Source: Paramecium tetraurelia
Lineage: Eukaryota
DNA: 58,492 bases
Assembly: GCA_000165425.1 (NCBI GenBank)
Contig: CT868037.1
Location: 186,001 to 244,492, forward strand
Direction of reading: 5' to 3'
Shown in pieces: positions 24,601 to 38,018 of this stretch; within the stretch, counting starts at the first letter, position 1, and each line of letters opens with the position of its first letter. Position numbers and translations under genes: made by a program. The notes below the pieces were generated by a model. It worked only from the letters and a program-made list of their open reading frames with translations, was not told the origin of the DNA and did not search any database.

Positions 24601-27600
24601 TCAATGAAAGACATCCTGTCTACCCACATTAACTATTTTAGATCTTGATTTTATTGAAAAGGATGTTTTCATTATCTAATTAATATATACCCTTAATCCT
24701 GAAGATACCATATTGACACGACATACATATGATGGAATCAAAATTCAATTCTTGAACCTCAAAACTATGAGATGAATTCAAGTTATCTATCTCGAATAAG
24801 CTGAAATTATAATTTGCAATTTTATAAACATCATTTTAATTACAAAGTTATTACAATTGCTAATAGAGAGAGGTATCATAATCATCTATAATCGGATTGT
24901 CCTTAGGGATACTTCCAGGACATGTTAACGATTAAATCTATTGAAATGTCGAAATAAAACAAAAAGAATCTGAATAATCAGTATACTGCTATACATTCTC
25001 CGCATTGATATTAATTAACAATATACTTCCACTAGCCTCTATTTATTATAAATAAATTATTACATTATCTTAAACTTAATCTTATCAAAGGAGAAAATAA
25101 GATTGTGGAATTCAAGATGAAAATATCTTTTAAAACAATACTAGTAGCAAACTCAAAATCCAACAAGAATTAAATGTGGGTTGAAACAAAGCTGCAATTC
25201 TCCATATAAACTGATCCATATTTGACTTTAATCATAGGATTGTTATTTCTAATCTCATCTATATCGTCAGTCGTTGGTGATTCTAAAAGAGATAAAAATT
25301 TCATAAAGCCAGTTTTTGTCGCTACAAACTATATACCACCAAAACGAACTTCCGAATATATGCTCTACAAACTTGATAATATATATGAGAAGAAACCATG
25401 TTGGATGGAAAAGCAATTTATTATGGTTAGATTTTGTAGATCAACATAGTTTTATTGTTATGAAGGTACGATATAGATGCCACCTCCTTGAATCCTGCTA
25501 AATGAGTTTTCTATCGTCGTTTAATATATTCGAAGCTTTAACTCTGACAATTAGGCATCGATATAGAGGCAGCCTCCTGTTGAAAATGAAGAACTTGATA
25601 AGCTAGTTAATGTATTTTAAAATACTGAGTTCTAAATAGTGATAGCACCTGTAACTTAAGCATCTAAATAGAACCCACCTCCATATAATGAAAATGAATT
25701 GTTGACTGATGTCTTATTTATTGAGATGATATTGGCTATTATCAAACCATTTCCACTTTTTGAATTGATTGGAAATACCTAGGTCAAACTCATTCCATCA
25801 ATCTGTTCTTAGTTTTCAAATAGCAGTAGATTCTAGGCTAATGTCGAAAGTTACAATATGTTATTGTTAGAAAACTGATTTTTCTGGAATACAACATTGA
25901 TAGATTTTATGTATAAGATAGAATTTGTTGAGTTGGTGACGATATTGTTTTTGAACACTGAATTGGATATTTCAACATCACCCTGCTGTGATTAAAGCAA
26001 CAAGGTAGATGCAGATTGTCTTGATAAATCTTAAACATACTCATTTAAATGATTCTTAATAAATACTACACAGTTTATGCTTACTTTGCAGTTCTATTCT
26101 GAAAATAAAGATATAAGCGAAGTAGCAGTGTTTCTTTTTGTTATTATTAACATGTTTGAATAAAATTTACTATTGGTGATGCTGATGTATTCATTTTGTA
26201 TTTTCTCCATCAAATCATAAGCCTTAATAATTATAAAAGGGTTGTTAAAAGCTATCGAACTGGACAATTCTAAATTATTTATTGTGATGTTCTGATACAA
26301 TCCTATGTACAAGTAGAAATACATGTTCTCATAGGCATACTTGAGCATGCAATCAACGGATTAATGAAGGGTTTTGGAGTGATATAAAGTTGATTAAGTA
26401 AACTTGATCCTATTTAATGACAGACTCTAAGAGTTTAGGATCGTTATTTCTGGTAGACCATACCCTCTTTGAATTTCAACTTCCTCCAAAACACAAGTTT
26501 AACATTCTAGATAGATGATAGATTATTGATAGGATATATAAGTAGTCTTCACTTTTACTGTAATCACACTTTTTGATAATGTAAATTACTGTATTGAAAC
26601 AATTAGAGCAGATATCTTTTCTAATTAGATTATTTTTAAGATAGCCTGTTGATTATTGTAATTAACATTTTCAATTGTGCAATTAATAATTGACACTTTA
26701 GCAGCATTAATTAGTGCATTATATGATAATGAGTATTCGACGTCGTTACTGAATATTGTGCTGCTAGAAATACTAGTATTGTTTATATAGATATCCTGTA
26801 ATTGAAAGATATTGCAACTGTAAAGGTAAGAGTTTGATGAAATAACGCTATCTGACATAGTTAGACCTTAAAGCTTAAACGATTGTGCCCCTTGAATATT
26901 GAACAGCGATGATTTTTCTTTAATTGTTACAGCCTTGAGATCGATTTCTTTAATCAATACAGGACCAATGTCATAGTCCAGTTAGGTTTATGACTTCATA
27001 AAATTCGAATTTTCAAATATTGTATTGGTCATGGTTATTGATTTCATCATTATATTAAAAGTAAGAAAACTCTATTTTGCTTCAAAGTAGAATAAATCTG
27101 TAGATGAAAAATACGAATTGATTACCTTCAAATCATAAACTGTTAAACTGTTTGGATTGAATTGAGATGTTGAAATGAATGAAAATATTTCTGAGTTTAT
27201 AACCTTTAGGTTGTCAATAATCAAATTATTGATACTCAAAGAATAACCTTATTGAGACAAAAAATAAAATGAGCGTATACTAGGGGTGGAATTAGTTGTA
27301 GTAAAAACACAGTCTTGAATAACTAAATTAAGATTCAGGGCTTTATTTTCTAAAATTATGGCAGATTCCATGAAACTCTGGATTTAGGAATTCATTGTGT
27401 CCAATTTGATATTTTGAAAAGTAATTGTAGTGAAGTTGCTCAATGTTAATGTTGATTCTAAAGTTATCGTTGTTGGATATAACTGTCCAATAAATTTGAT
27501 GTTAACAGATTGAACAGTAAAGACATTTTATTAAATTTTTGAAAAGAGTTAACCGCCTGATTGGATATTACAAATCTCTCCCGATTTCTAAATAATTGTA

Positions 27601-30600
27601 TATTCAAAGACAACTTCACGTATTACTTTCTCATTTAGATACTAAAACAACCCAGTAGTTTCAACGGCAGCTAAATAATTCTTCTAAAAGAGTTCAGATA
27701 TGTGAATATTTTTCATTTTAAAAACATTCAACGCCTCTCCTGACAAATCAGAGGCTGTTTAATTCATATACTCATATGAACAATAAACATTTTAAACTAA
27801 GATCACTTGGTAATAGCATTTATTATAGGTTTCACAAAAGGTAATAGTTTTCAATAATTGATCATTAAAGTATTAACCTTCAGGAGAATCCAAATTGAAT
27901 TTTTCATAGCAAATTTTTGTATATTTTAAATTTGAGGAAGAGGACAGGAAATAAGGATTGAATTTGGCAATGTCTGAAACACTCCTTTCTAAACATGCTC
28001 CACAATTACTTGGACATGTCTAACAAGCTCCATTTGAATCATGACTTTTTAAAAATCCCTATGGAGTTTCCAAACATTAGATACAAGTAGCAACTCCATT
28101 TATTACTTCACAATCAGTGCATTCTATATCACAATTTTTGATACACTTATGCTTATATAAAATATACCCTAAAGGACAGGATGTGCAAATCAATTCAAAA
28201 TTATTTTGTACTGTCTCTACAGCATAGGATTCAAATGCATGTGAATCATCTGAATTAAGGATGTATTTATAGTAAGCCTTTATATTCCATTTCCAATAAT
28301 CCTGATACTTCGAACTCTATTAAGTACAACTCTTACAATTTGAATCACATTGTAAGCATTAGCCAGTTAATATTGCTGAATAATACCCATCTACACACAA
28401 CATGCAAAAAGTAATTGATGAACTATATTTTTGGATGCATTGTGAACAATTTGAGATTGATGAGCAATCTGTATTTTGAGTTGAAGTCTTACTTGTTGTA
28501 CTAATTAAACATTGAGAGTCACCCGCAGCATTGATAATGAGCCCAGAACTGCAATCATTAACTTGCTCTTATGAACCACCTCCTCCACTACTTCCTCCAC
28601 CTCCACCGCCGCCACCACCACCACCACCACTGAATGGATCAGTTGAAGTTGTTGTAGGAGTTGTAGGTGGTTTTTCTTAACAAGTCTATGTTAGCACATT
28701 ATAATATAGATTAGCCTGGCAGCTGGCACAACCAACTAAGAACTTCTCTTAATTTAGTTCAAGAATATCATAATTTATATCAAGGGTTGTATAGGTAATT
28801 CCATTTTTAACATAGTATTAATAGCAATAGATACAATTTGTGATACTACAAGGTTGGCAATTTTGACCATCAAATGTTTAAAAATATTTAGTAGGATCAT
28901 CACAGTATAAACAAATGCCATTAGAATCACAACTTGAACAATTCATCCCACATGGAATACAAGGTCCATCTGATGAAAGGTATGTTCCAGTTGCACAGGA
29001 ACTGCATATTGCTATTTCAGATTCTATTGTGCAATCTGAGCATCCTTAACATTGAATACATTAAAAGTCTACTGTTAAAACATAACCAGAAGAGCAGGTT
29101 TTACATATCTCTTCATTTTGACAAACTTGACATCCTTTAGCACAGGAGAAACAATTGTCATTACTTAAAAAGTACCCTTCTTTGCAAGTTTCAGAGTGAT
29201 CAAATCCTTCCATTAGTTATAATTCATAATCTCCATTTACATTTACAATTACATTATAAAATTCTATGTCTTTCTCAGTTCTGTCGACGGTTTAATATGA
29301 AAAATTTTCATTATAATCATAAGTGACCGTATCTTGAATACACCTTAAAGATTATGAGAAGGCGCCTGGGTAAAACAAACAATTCGAACATTAAATTACA
29401 CTTCTAGTAGAAAATGTGGAATAACCAGGACTATATTGATTTATATTTATATATGATACCATTATAAGCAATACCCTCCATATAAGAAATAACCAAATGA
29501 ACATTCTTTTTTCTCTGTTGTGCAAACATCATATCCTGGAGTATCACACTATAACTCCAATTCTACCTCTGTCATCTATGGAAAGATTTCTGATACTGGT
29601 CTGCAGATCGGTTCATTTTCAATATCCACATATTTGGATTTGCAGGCACAAATCTTTTGGGTTACTGACTAGATTCTTTGACTATTCAATGGACATGATA
29701 AGCAATTGTTGCTATTAGGACCATCACAAGTAAGACATGAATAATGGCAATTAGGGGATAATGTAATTATAGGAGTTGTGCAATACTAAATTAATTACAT
29801 ATCGCTAATGTGTCCTTCCAAATAATTTTTACTATATTTATCGCCACCAACTGAATAATACATTTTTGTTCCTGTGAAATGTTTTATCTTACTGCTCCAT
29901 TTGTAAGTTTACTTCTTAACCAATAGTGATGGAAAATACATTGTAAAAATTGGTTCGCCTTAGTTATTGCTTGTTCCGATTTCATATTAAATATAATGCC
30001 ATTTTATGAATAATTCCAAATATTATGCTCCGTAGTCACTCAAGATATCTGTTGCAGCACTAGTGTACCTGTTTGAAGTTGGAAAATTGTATGAATAAGT
30101 GGTTATTTGAAATCCATTTGATTCTGGAGCGATATTCTGATGATACTACAAGTAGATATCTTTATCTCCAATCTCCATGTCATCCTCATAGTTTTGATTT
30201 ATTGTGACTCTGAATATCACAGTAACGAGGGGTGACTTCTCAAACAATTGTAATTTTAACCATCCTTTTATTACAAATTTTGGATACTCAAATACACTTG
30301 TTGTACCAGACGTATACCCCTATCCCAAAAATGCTTAATTGCTACTTGATAATGTATATGCAGATCCAGAGCATTCGGAATTGATAGAACAACCTAATAA
30401 GAACGTCCCCAAGTTTGAAAATATATTTACTGACCCCTAACTGAAAACTGTGGAAAGTCTTCCGATAAACTAAGTCAATCTAAGTTGCTCTCCCAATTAA
30501 TTTGTTATCTCCTATTTCCCTCCTACCGCATGAGTAATATCTTTGACAAGTGCAGGTATGTCATTTACTGTCTATGTTTTCGTTGAAATTGTCTGTTACT

Positions 30601-31143
30601 ATGAATAAAATCCGATAATTGTTTAGTCTGATAAGAGATTAAAATAGAAATAAAATAATATCCATTAACCTTCATAATTTCCATATTCAAAAGTAAATAC
30701 TAAAGTGCCAGTTGTTTTTTTAAATGAATAAAACACATTGTGAGTAATAGTTAATGTTTAATCAGAAATAGAAGTATAAAAAGCTAACAAATTGAATTTT
30801 GTTTCTTTTTACTAGAGTAAATAGATGAACTATCCAGAGGATGCTGAACCCTTTCCTGAAAAACCTGATGAAACCTATCGATAATTATCCAATACTTATA
30901 TCTGTAATTGGGATGAACGGCTGGTATTTCATCCATAAACCATACCCAATGTTGTCTTTAGAGTTTAAATACCTATTTTCCAATTTAACATCTATCTCCT
31001 ATTCAGGATTAGATAGGCTTAATATTACAGACTCAGTGCTTATGTAATTGCAACTTGAATTAACTTATCTTTTATAACAAATTGCAATACTCAATTAAAG
31101 TTAGAAGAATAGTAATTAGCAAACTTAGACTATTTTTTTACAT
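21682..31143 (-). CDS. Giant (~3,100 aa) membrane protein: signal peptide, Cys-rich repeats, parallel beta-helix (pectin-lyase-like) repeats and a C-terminal multi-TM domain
   Basis: ATG 31143 (MQKIVQVCQLLFFQLQLSIAIC). CxxC repeats; GG-(A/C/S)-(I/L/V)-(Y/F) beta-helix motifs (YGGGFYL, TGGCLYI, IGGAIYY); CIVGHIGALCE; TM region with GYLYNEYK..YYWETIKI. TGA 21682-21684. Introns near 29432-29459 and 21932-21956. The frame was not checked base by base along the full length. Confidence 0.85.
28577..28630 (-). repeat. (GGN)n coding microsatellite encoding a poly-Gly linker
   Basis: The plus strand reads ccacc tcctccacta cttcctccac ctccaccgcc gccaccacca ccaccaccac, giving S-G12-SS-G4 on the minus strand after a Pro/Thr-rich stretch. 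Confidence 0.85.
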
Positions 31144-34100
31144 TTTATTTAATTAAATTAAATCACGAATAAAGCAAAATCTATAATTAGCTCATTTATT
31201 TTGAATAACAAATAAGTCAAGAATTAATACCCAAATTATGGATTGAAATTAAATAGCAAGTAAAGAATTCCAACAATATTTTAATTCGTACATCACAATA
31301 AATTCTTATTTTTACTCATATCTAAATTACTACCAAGATAAAAATTACAATTGAATGTTTTTTTATCATTTAAGTCTATTAAGTTGAAATACCACTTATG
31401 TAACCCTTGTTTTGACTGTTAACATACATTCAACACCATAATCTATTTTTCAACATTTATTGGAAGTAATAATAAATAAGGCCATCAAAAACTCATCAAG
31501 ATTTAATTGCCATTCCAATATATTCAAAGTTTAATTCTAAATCACATTATTAGAGTTTTAGGTCTAATATCTCTTTCTTTTCGTTTAGCCATTTTGTTTT
31601 TCAATAAAAATTTAAATTCTACACTATAAAAATTGTAGATACAAAGTTCAGAGAATATTTTATCTAAATTTTCAAGAGGCAGTTGATTTAAGAGCATTTC
31701 GATCTTTGGCTAATCAATATTGGGTTACTATTGAAAGAAATAGAATTTGATAAGTAATAACCACTCAAAAATCAAAATGAGGTCTTAGATTATATGAAAA
31801 ATTTTCAAATTAAAGTTGTTCTCATAATTCATTTTTTCTGTAGGAGTTATTGCCGAATTAAGGAAGGCCTTGTAGTTTCTACAAAAAAGTTTAAATTTTG
31901 AGAACACAAGTGAAAGGAAAAAAATATATATTTTTTATAAGATCTATTCTGTCATAGAATTATTTTAAATACAAAATCCATTTATATATGATGTTTTCAT
32001 TTATAGACATTTAAATTTGTGGATACTTATATGCAAGTAAAAAAATAAATTACATAGTTTAAATTTTTACATTTTAATTAATTTTATTGATTTTCATACA
32101 CAAATCATTAATGATGATTCACAATTAACGATTATATATTAATTTATCTATATTTTATTAGTAAAGCATTCAAAAGAAGATTTTCCTATTTAATATTTCA
32201 ACTCTTTGGTTACAACATCAAGAAATTTTAATCTTTATCTACAAAACTAACAAAATTTAGGGATTTCAAAACTCTAGATTACTGGATAATGCAAATTGAA
32301 ACGAAAAAGTGTGAAAATGTGAAACCATAATAAAAAGAACAAATTATATTTTAATTGCAACGTTTCTGGTTTCAAAATGATATCAAAGTTGTTAGAAAAA
32401 AGAATAATTTATTATAAAAAATGAATAAAAGTATATATCAAATTAAACGAGAATTTAACTTAGAATATGGAATTTACATTTAATGAAACTATTTCCTTTA
32501 AACACTCTCAGGTTTCATTCAATTATTAAAAAATCTTCTACCCTCTTTATTCCTTTATGTTGTAATATATGTTATCTATATTTTCATGTCTTGTTGATCA
32601 TATAATACAATTTATTCAAGAGATGAGTCTATATTTTAGAGAATATATTTGAGATAATATATTCATTTTTATCCTTCACTAATCTGCTTTTTCAAAGAAT
32701 AATGACCATCCAATGTAATTTGATATAAAAATAAGCATTATTTGAAATAATTTCAAAATCGGATAAGAAACATAATATTGCTGTTTTCCATTTTGCATAA
32801 TCTATGGTTTTATGATGGTTTATCATCTTATTGAACACTTTTTAACTTAACTTGAATATCATACGTCAGCAATCAAAATAATTACTAATACAGAAATTTC
32901 ATTTTAAGAAAAATCAATTTACCTCAGGCGAAGCAGTCTGCTACTTGAATGGAATTATAATTTTAATCTCCTCCTAGAGGTATCTTAGAAGTAGGATAAA
33001 TCAGAATTTAGACAGCAAATGCTTTCAACCAATAATGTCAATAGATAAACATTAACACAAGATTAATATATTAGAAAAAGGTAAACTATAAGACCATTAG
33101 AACTTCTTGCAAGAAATGGTGAAATTTATCTATGTTTTAATAATTATAAAGAGAGAAAATGAAAATAATAGATGTATACTCATCCAGTTAGAAATTAGAA
33201 TATCAATTGCAATAAAATTTTATGGTAAGAAATCTTACTAGCACATTATAAATGTCTATTTAAATCAGATAATATTGCGCTGTTAGATTTCGCTTCTTAA
33301 ACTATTGATACAATTACAAGAACCTTATGAAATCTTTTCAAGGAAGAACAATTGATTTGATTTCTAGAAAAGCCATTCTACAACATTTCAAAGGTATAAA
33401 GAAACTGTGGGATCTGTAGAAAATAATTTACATTCGGCTTAAGTTGTTTGAGATGTTAATTTAAAGTTAACCCTGTAATGAGATGCTTCTCAAGTGTTAT
33501 TGGATTATTATATCACTTTTTTATAGCTGAAATAAATCTGATTGTTTGACTTGCGTATTCTGTTAAATATAAATAAATAGAAGAGTTGAAATCTTTGTAT
33601 GTAGTTATTAAACAATTGAATCTGATTAGTATTGCAAGTAATATCAAATCGAATTACATATTGTTTTAAAATTTTGGAAAGTATAATAATCAAAAGGCAG
33701 TTTTTGAAATTGAAGGTAAATTACTGAAATTGGTACCCATATATATTATTCTAAGTCTTTCGACTATAAAAATAAATTGAATACTTTAATTCCAAAATTA
33801 AATAAATAACATACATTGTATCAAAAAACATAATTATTTTTTATGATAGTATTCAATCTGAGTTTACTATTATAACACCCAAACTAATTAGATAAATTAC
33901 CTCTTCAATCCTTCTAAAAATGACAACGGTCTTAAATAATCGAATTAATATTGAATAATAAAATTTCAGAAAGAGAAATTCCATAATATATGAAAAAACC
34001 ATTTGTAACATCAAAGCAGCAATATAAATAGATTAAAGTTTGAGCTCGAAAATTACCAATTATATAATATTAGCAGCCAAGATTCAAACTTTTTGTATTG

Positions 34101-34226
34101 CGAAATGGAGGGTAAATTCTAAGTTCTTCGATCCCAATTAAATTCCGTTATATTATCTTTTTCTTAAGAATTAACATTTATAATGAAAATTATAAAATAA
34201 AATGGTTTAAATATTTAATTAAATCG

Positions 34227-35698
34227 ATGAGTGAGCTAGTCTTAATCAAAGGATCTCAAAAAAATAAACAAGCTATAAGAGAGTTAATTTTTCCTTCCTT
34301 GTTAACAGCATTTAGTTTTATCTTGGGATATTTTCCGAATACAATTTCAATATACTTTATTGAATACAAGGAGTAGGATTCAGTACTGGTTGGAGCATTA
34401 GGATTGGGTATTTTGATTACTTAGGCTGTTGGTATGGGACTTTTGAATGGAATTGCAACTGGTTTGGAAACTTTGGTATCACAAGCGTATGGAGGAAATC
34501 AATTTGAACTCTGTGCAAAATTATATTATCGATCATTATTTGTATGTACATTATTTATGATACCAATATCGTTATTTTTATTTTTTTCAACGCAATGGAT
34601 GTCACTTATAAATAGGTAAAAATCACATTCATTTTAGCAATGAATAATTAGTAAATGAAGCAGGAAAATTTAACAAATATATGATTTTGGGTGTATATTT
34701 AGATGCCATTTTTGTGAACACTAAGGTATTTCTAAATGGTTAAAACATCTATAATTATCAATTTTTCACATAACTAATCTCATGTGTATTTTTTTTTGGA
34801 ATGAGTTATTATTTCATTGTTTAATAGGGAATGGGAATAATAGGATGTTCTCTAGGTTGGACTTGCTTTGAAATCGCGAATAACATACTTTTATTTGCCT
34901 TTATCTTTGCAACAAAATGTTGTGACGCAACATTATTTCGATTTAAAATTTCCTATTTGCATAATACTATTAAATTTCTCAAAGAAGCTATCCCAATTGG
35001 ATCCATTTTATTGCTAGAATGGATAAGCTATGATATATACTTAATAATAGTTAGTTATTTGGATGAATCATCAATTAGTGCCCATGTTTTGATGGGCAAT
35101 TTTGCATCCTTCATCTATTAGTTCAGCTATGGAATTTCTATTGCATCAACTACATTTATTGGAAATGAAATGGGGAGAAAAGATACAGTCATGGCTAAAA
35201 GTTATGCCAAAGCAACTTTTTTGATTGCCATAATATTTTTAGTAATTACTTTAGGATTTTTCTCCATTTTTGGAAAACAATTGATCGAAAAAGTGAGTCA
35301 TGATAAAGCTGTTGTTGAAGAAATATAGAGTATCATGTATCTTCTTACGTTCTTCATATTTATAGATGGTAAAATATAACAATTTTATCAAAGGATTACA
35401 AGCTATAATATCTGGTTTGGTAAGAGCAGTTGGTCGAGAGGCCAGTGCCTCTTTCACATTTATATTTTGTTATCTGATTTTAGGAGAAGCTGTGGGATAC
35501 CTTTTCTGTTATACTTTGGATTTTAAACTAACAGGAATATGGATTGGAATGACTGTGGGATCTTTAACTTATGATATTATACAATTTATAAATTTGATTT
35601 GGAAGAATTGGAATGAATAAGCAGAACTTATAGAAAAAAAAATCACATCATTACATTAATTATAGGTCCAATTGCTAATGAATGAAGAAGACATTTGA
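34227..35698 (+). CDS. MATE family efflux transporter
   Basis: GLLNGIATGLETLVSQAYGG, FLKEAIPIGSILLLEWISYDI, YGISIASTTFIGNEMG, GLQAIISGLVRAVG and LTGIWIGM. Introns 34616-34637 and 35369-35392. TGA 35696-35698. Confidence 0.93.
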
Positions 35699-36303
35699 TA
35701 ACTGTATTCATTGTATTTATTTAATATTTTCAGCAAAAATGCGAAAATTCAATATAAATCTATATTATTGTATTCTTAAGAATATACTCATAAACAAACA
35801 ACATGTATAGAAATTATTTTTATTTAAAATATTTTTCGCTTATATTATTATTATTTTTGTTTTAACTGAAAAATATCAACAATTAGAGTTTGTTCGAGAT
35901 GAATACAAGAACTAATTTGGCTTAATAAAATTTGCTGTAAGACAGCAATTCTAGAAAGTTAGTTTAGTCAATTATTTAGCATTAGAACAAATTTATTAAG
36001 TTATTATTTTGAATAAAGAGGGAAACAATTATGTAAATTAAGATAGAGAATAAAATTGATTGTACTACATTGAATAAAGATTAGATAAATTTAAGTCATA
36101 ATGAGCTTTAAATTTATTTCTTAACAGCACTACAAATTGATTTACAAGAATTTTGATTTTGGTTTTAAATTGATAATTCCAAATTTAAATGATTAAGATA
36201 TTACTATCTGAGTAAAGAAAAATACTACAAACTTTGCACAATAAATAAAAATCCTAAATTTTTCGTCAATAATATATGATGGAATAATATCACAAATAAA
36301 TAT

Positions 36304-38018
36304 TCAGATTTCAATTTTCAATAATAAAACTTATTTTTCGGCATTATTAACTATTGATACTTAAATAATTTCTATTTTTGATTCAGACATATTGAATACT
36401 AATTCTTTTTGAGATTCAACAATTTATATAAATGTTGCGTCATAATTAAAGATATTATTTTGAGATGGACAATAATGAAAAACGGAATATTGTTCGCCTT
36501 CACATCCATCGCAATTTCTGAAAAAACTTGAAATTTACATTCCTTCTTGACATTAAACCATAATTTATATAGAAATTTTTGAAATATTAGCATTTACAAG
36601 CTTTTAAATTTAGCCAATTTCATTCATAACCAGATCTAATTCATCTATTTTAAGTTGGAATTGGAAGATGGAATTAGTGTTTAAACTAAATACTTGATTA
36701 ATATAAACAAAAGAACTTTATAATGGAGGTGCTAATTATTAAATAATTTATTTACCAGGAGTGCATTCATTATTTAACAATCCCCATTTTTTGATACATC
36801 TAACACATTCATAGACTATATTCCAAATGCATTCCTCACAACCAACTTTACATTTGGCTAGATACAAGTCAAAAAATGAAACCCCCCAATATCCAATATC
36901 TGTCAAGTCTTTTACCGATTTCATATTTATTTTTATTTCTGGAGATGTATGATATGTATTTGCATCAATATTAAATATCTACACTTTATATATACCAATC
37001 TAAAAGAGTGAATCAAAAGAATTGATCTTTGCGGAATACTTTAATTGATTATCGATTTCTAAATTAAATGTATCATTCCATCTGCCAAATACCCACAATT
37101 TGACAACTACATGAACCTTAAAGTGAGGAGGTAAATATTAAATGAGCTTCTCTATATATTATCCTTTTAAAAGATTACTAATCCCTCCTGCCATCGAAAA
37201 GATACCGAATTGACCATAACCAAGTGATTAACTTGTATCAGTCTGCCAACCAAATGATTCATATGAATTTGACCAATATGAAACAAAATTAATCCACAAA
37301 TTGCATGCAAATGCTTAATCTTGACAAAATACACAACCTTCAGGACATTCTTCAATTTCTATTTTGAAATTGTTAAATCCCCATGATTCCTAAAGATTAT
37401 ACAAGCTATACTTCATTGGGATATGTATCTAAAGTTGAAGACATAAAAAAATATAGAGATGAAGAGATGTGAGGTGATAGGTTAACTGTTTAGTTACTTT
37501 TAAGGTCTTTAAAGTAATCCCCATAACCACCACATATATTTTCACCTTGGAAACCAACAAACTTGGAAAAGTTAATTTAGTTGTCAATAAAGTATGCAAA
37601 TTTCTCATCATCCCATGAATCAATTCTAAATATCAATAATTATATTACTTCCAAAAATCAAAAGTAATTTGTATAGATGTATGAGCTGGAAGTTTGAAAT
37701 TTGCTTAAACATAGGCTTACTTACCAAAAAGAGAATATCCTCCAAGTAGCTTTGAATCCCCGCAATCACTAAATTAACAACCATACTAGATAGAGCAATA
37801 CCATGGATATTCTCTTTACTATTCAGTGAAATTCTCCCAATTTTTACTGTTATAAATTTCTTTCCATAAAGATTGAGATCCTCCAAACTAAATCACTAAA
37901 TATATTAGATAGATAAAGAATTTCATTTATTTAATTTATTCAATCAATTACAGTTTAATGTTGGTTTTTGAATATTGTAGGGAGACAAAACAAATGTAAT
38001 GTATAAAAGATGTAGCAT
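36304..38018 (-). CDS. Secreted Cys-rich protein with two repeated extracellular domains (Paramecium-expanded family)
   Basis: Signal-like start MLHLLYITFVLS at 38018. Two domain copies (CGDSKLLGGYSLF...; CRFGQFGIFSMAGG...PPHFKVHVVVKLWVF...WGVSFFDLYLAKC), each followed by CxxxC repeats. TGA 36304-36306. Confidence 0.7.

Noticed and set aside
31200..34200. Possible gene remnants in a 3-kb AT-rich tract
   Set aside because: No sustained reading frame or recognisable motif.
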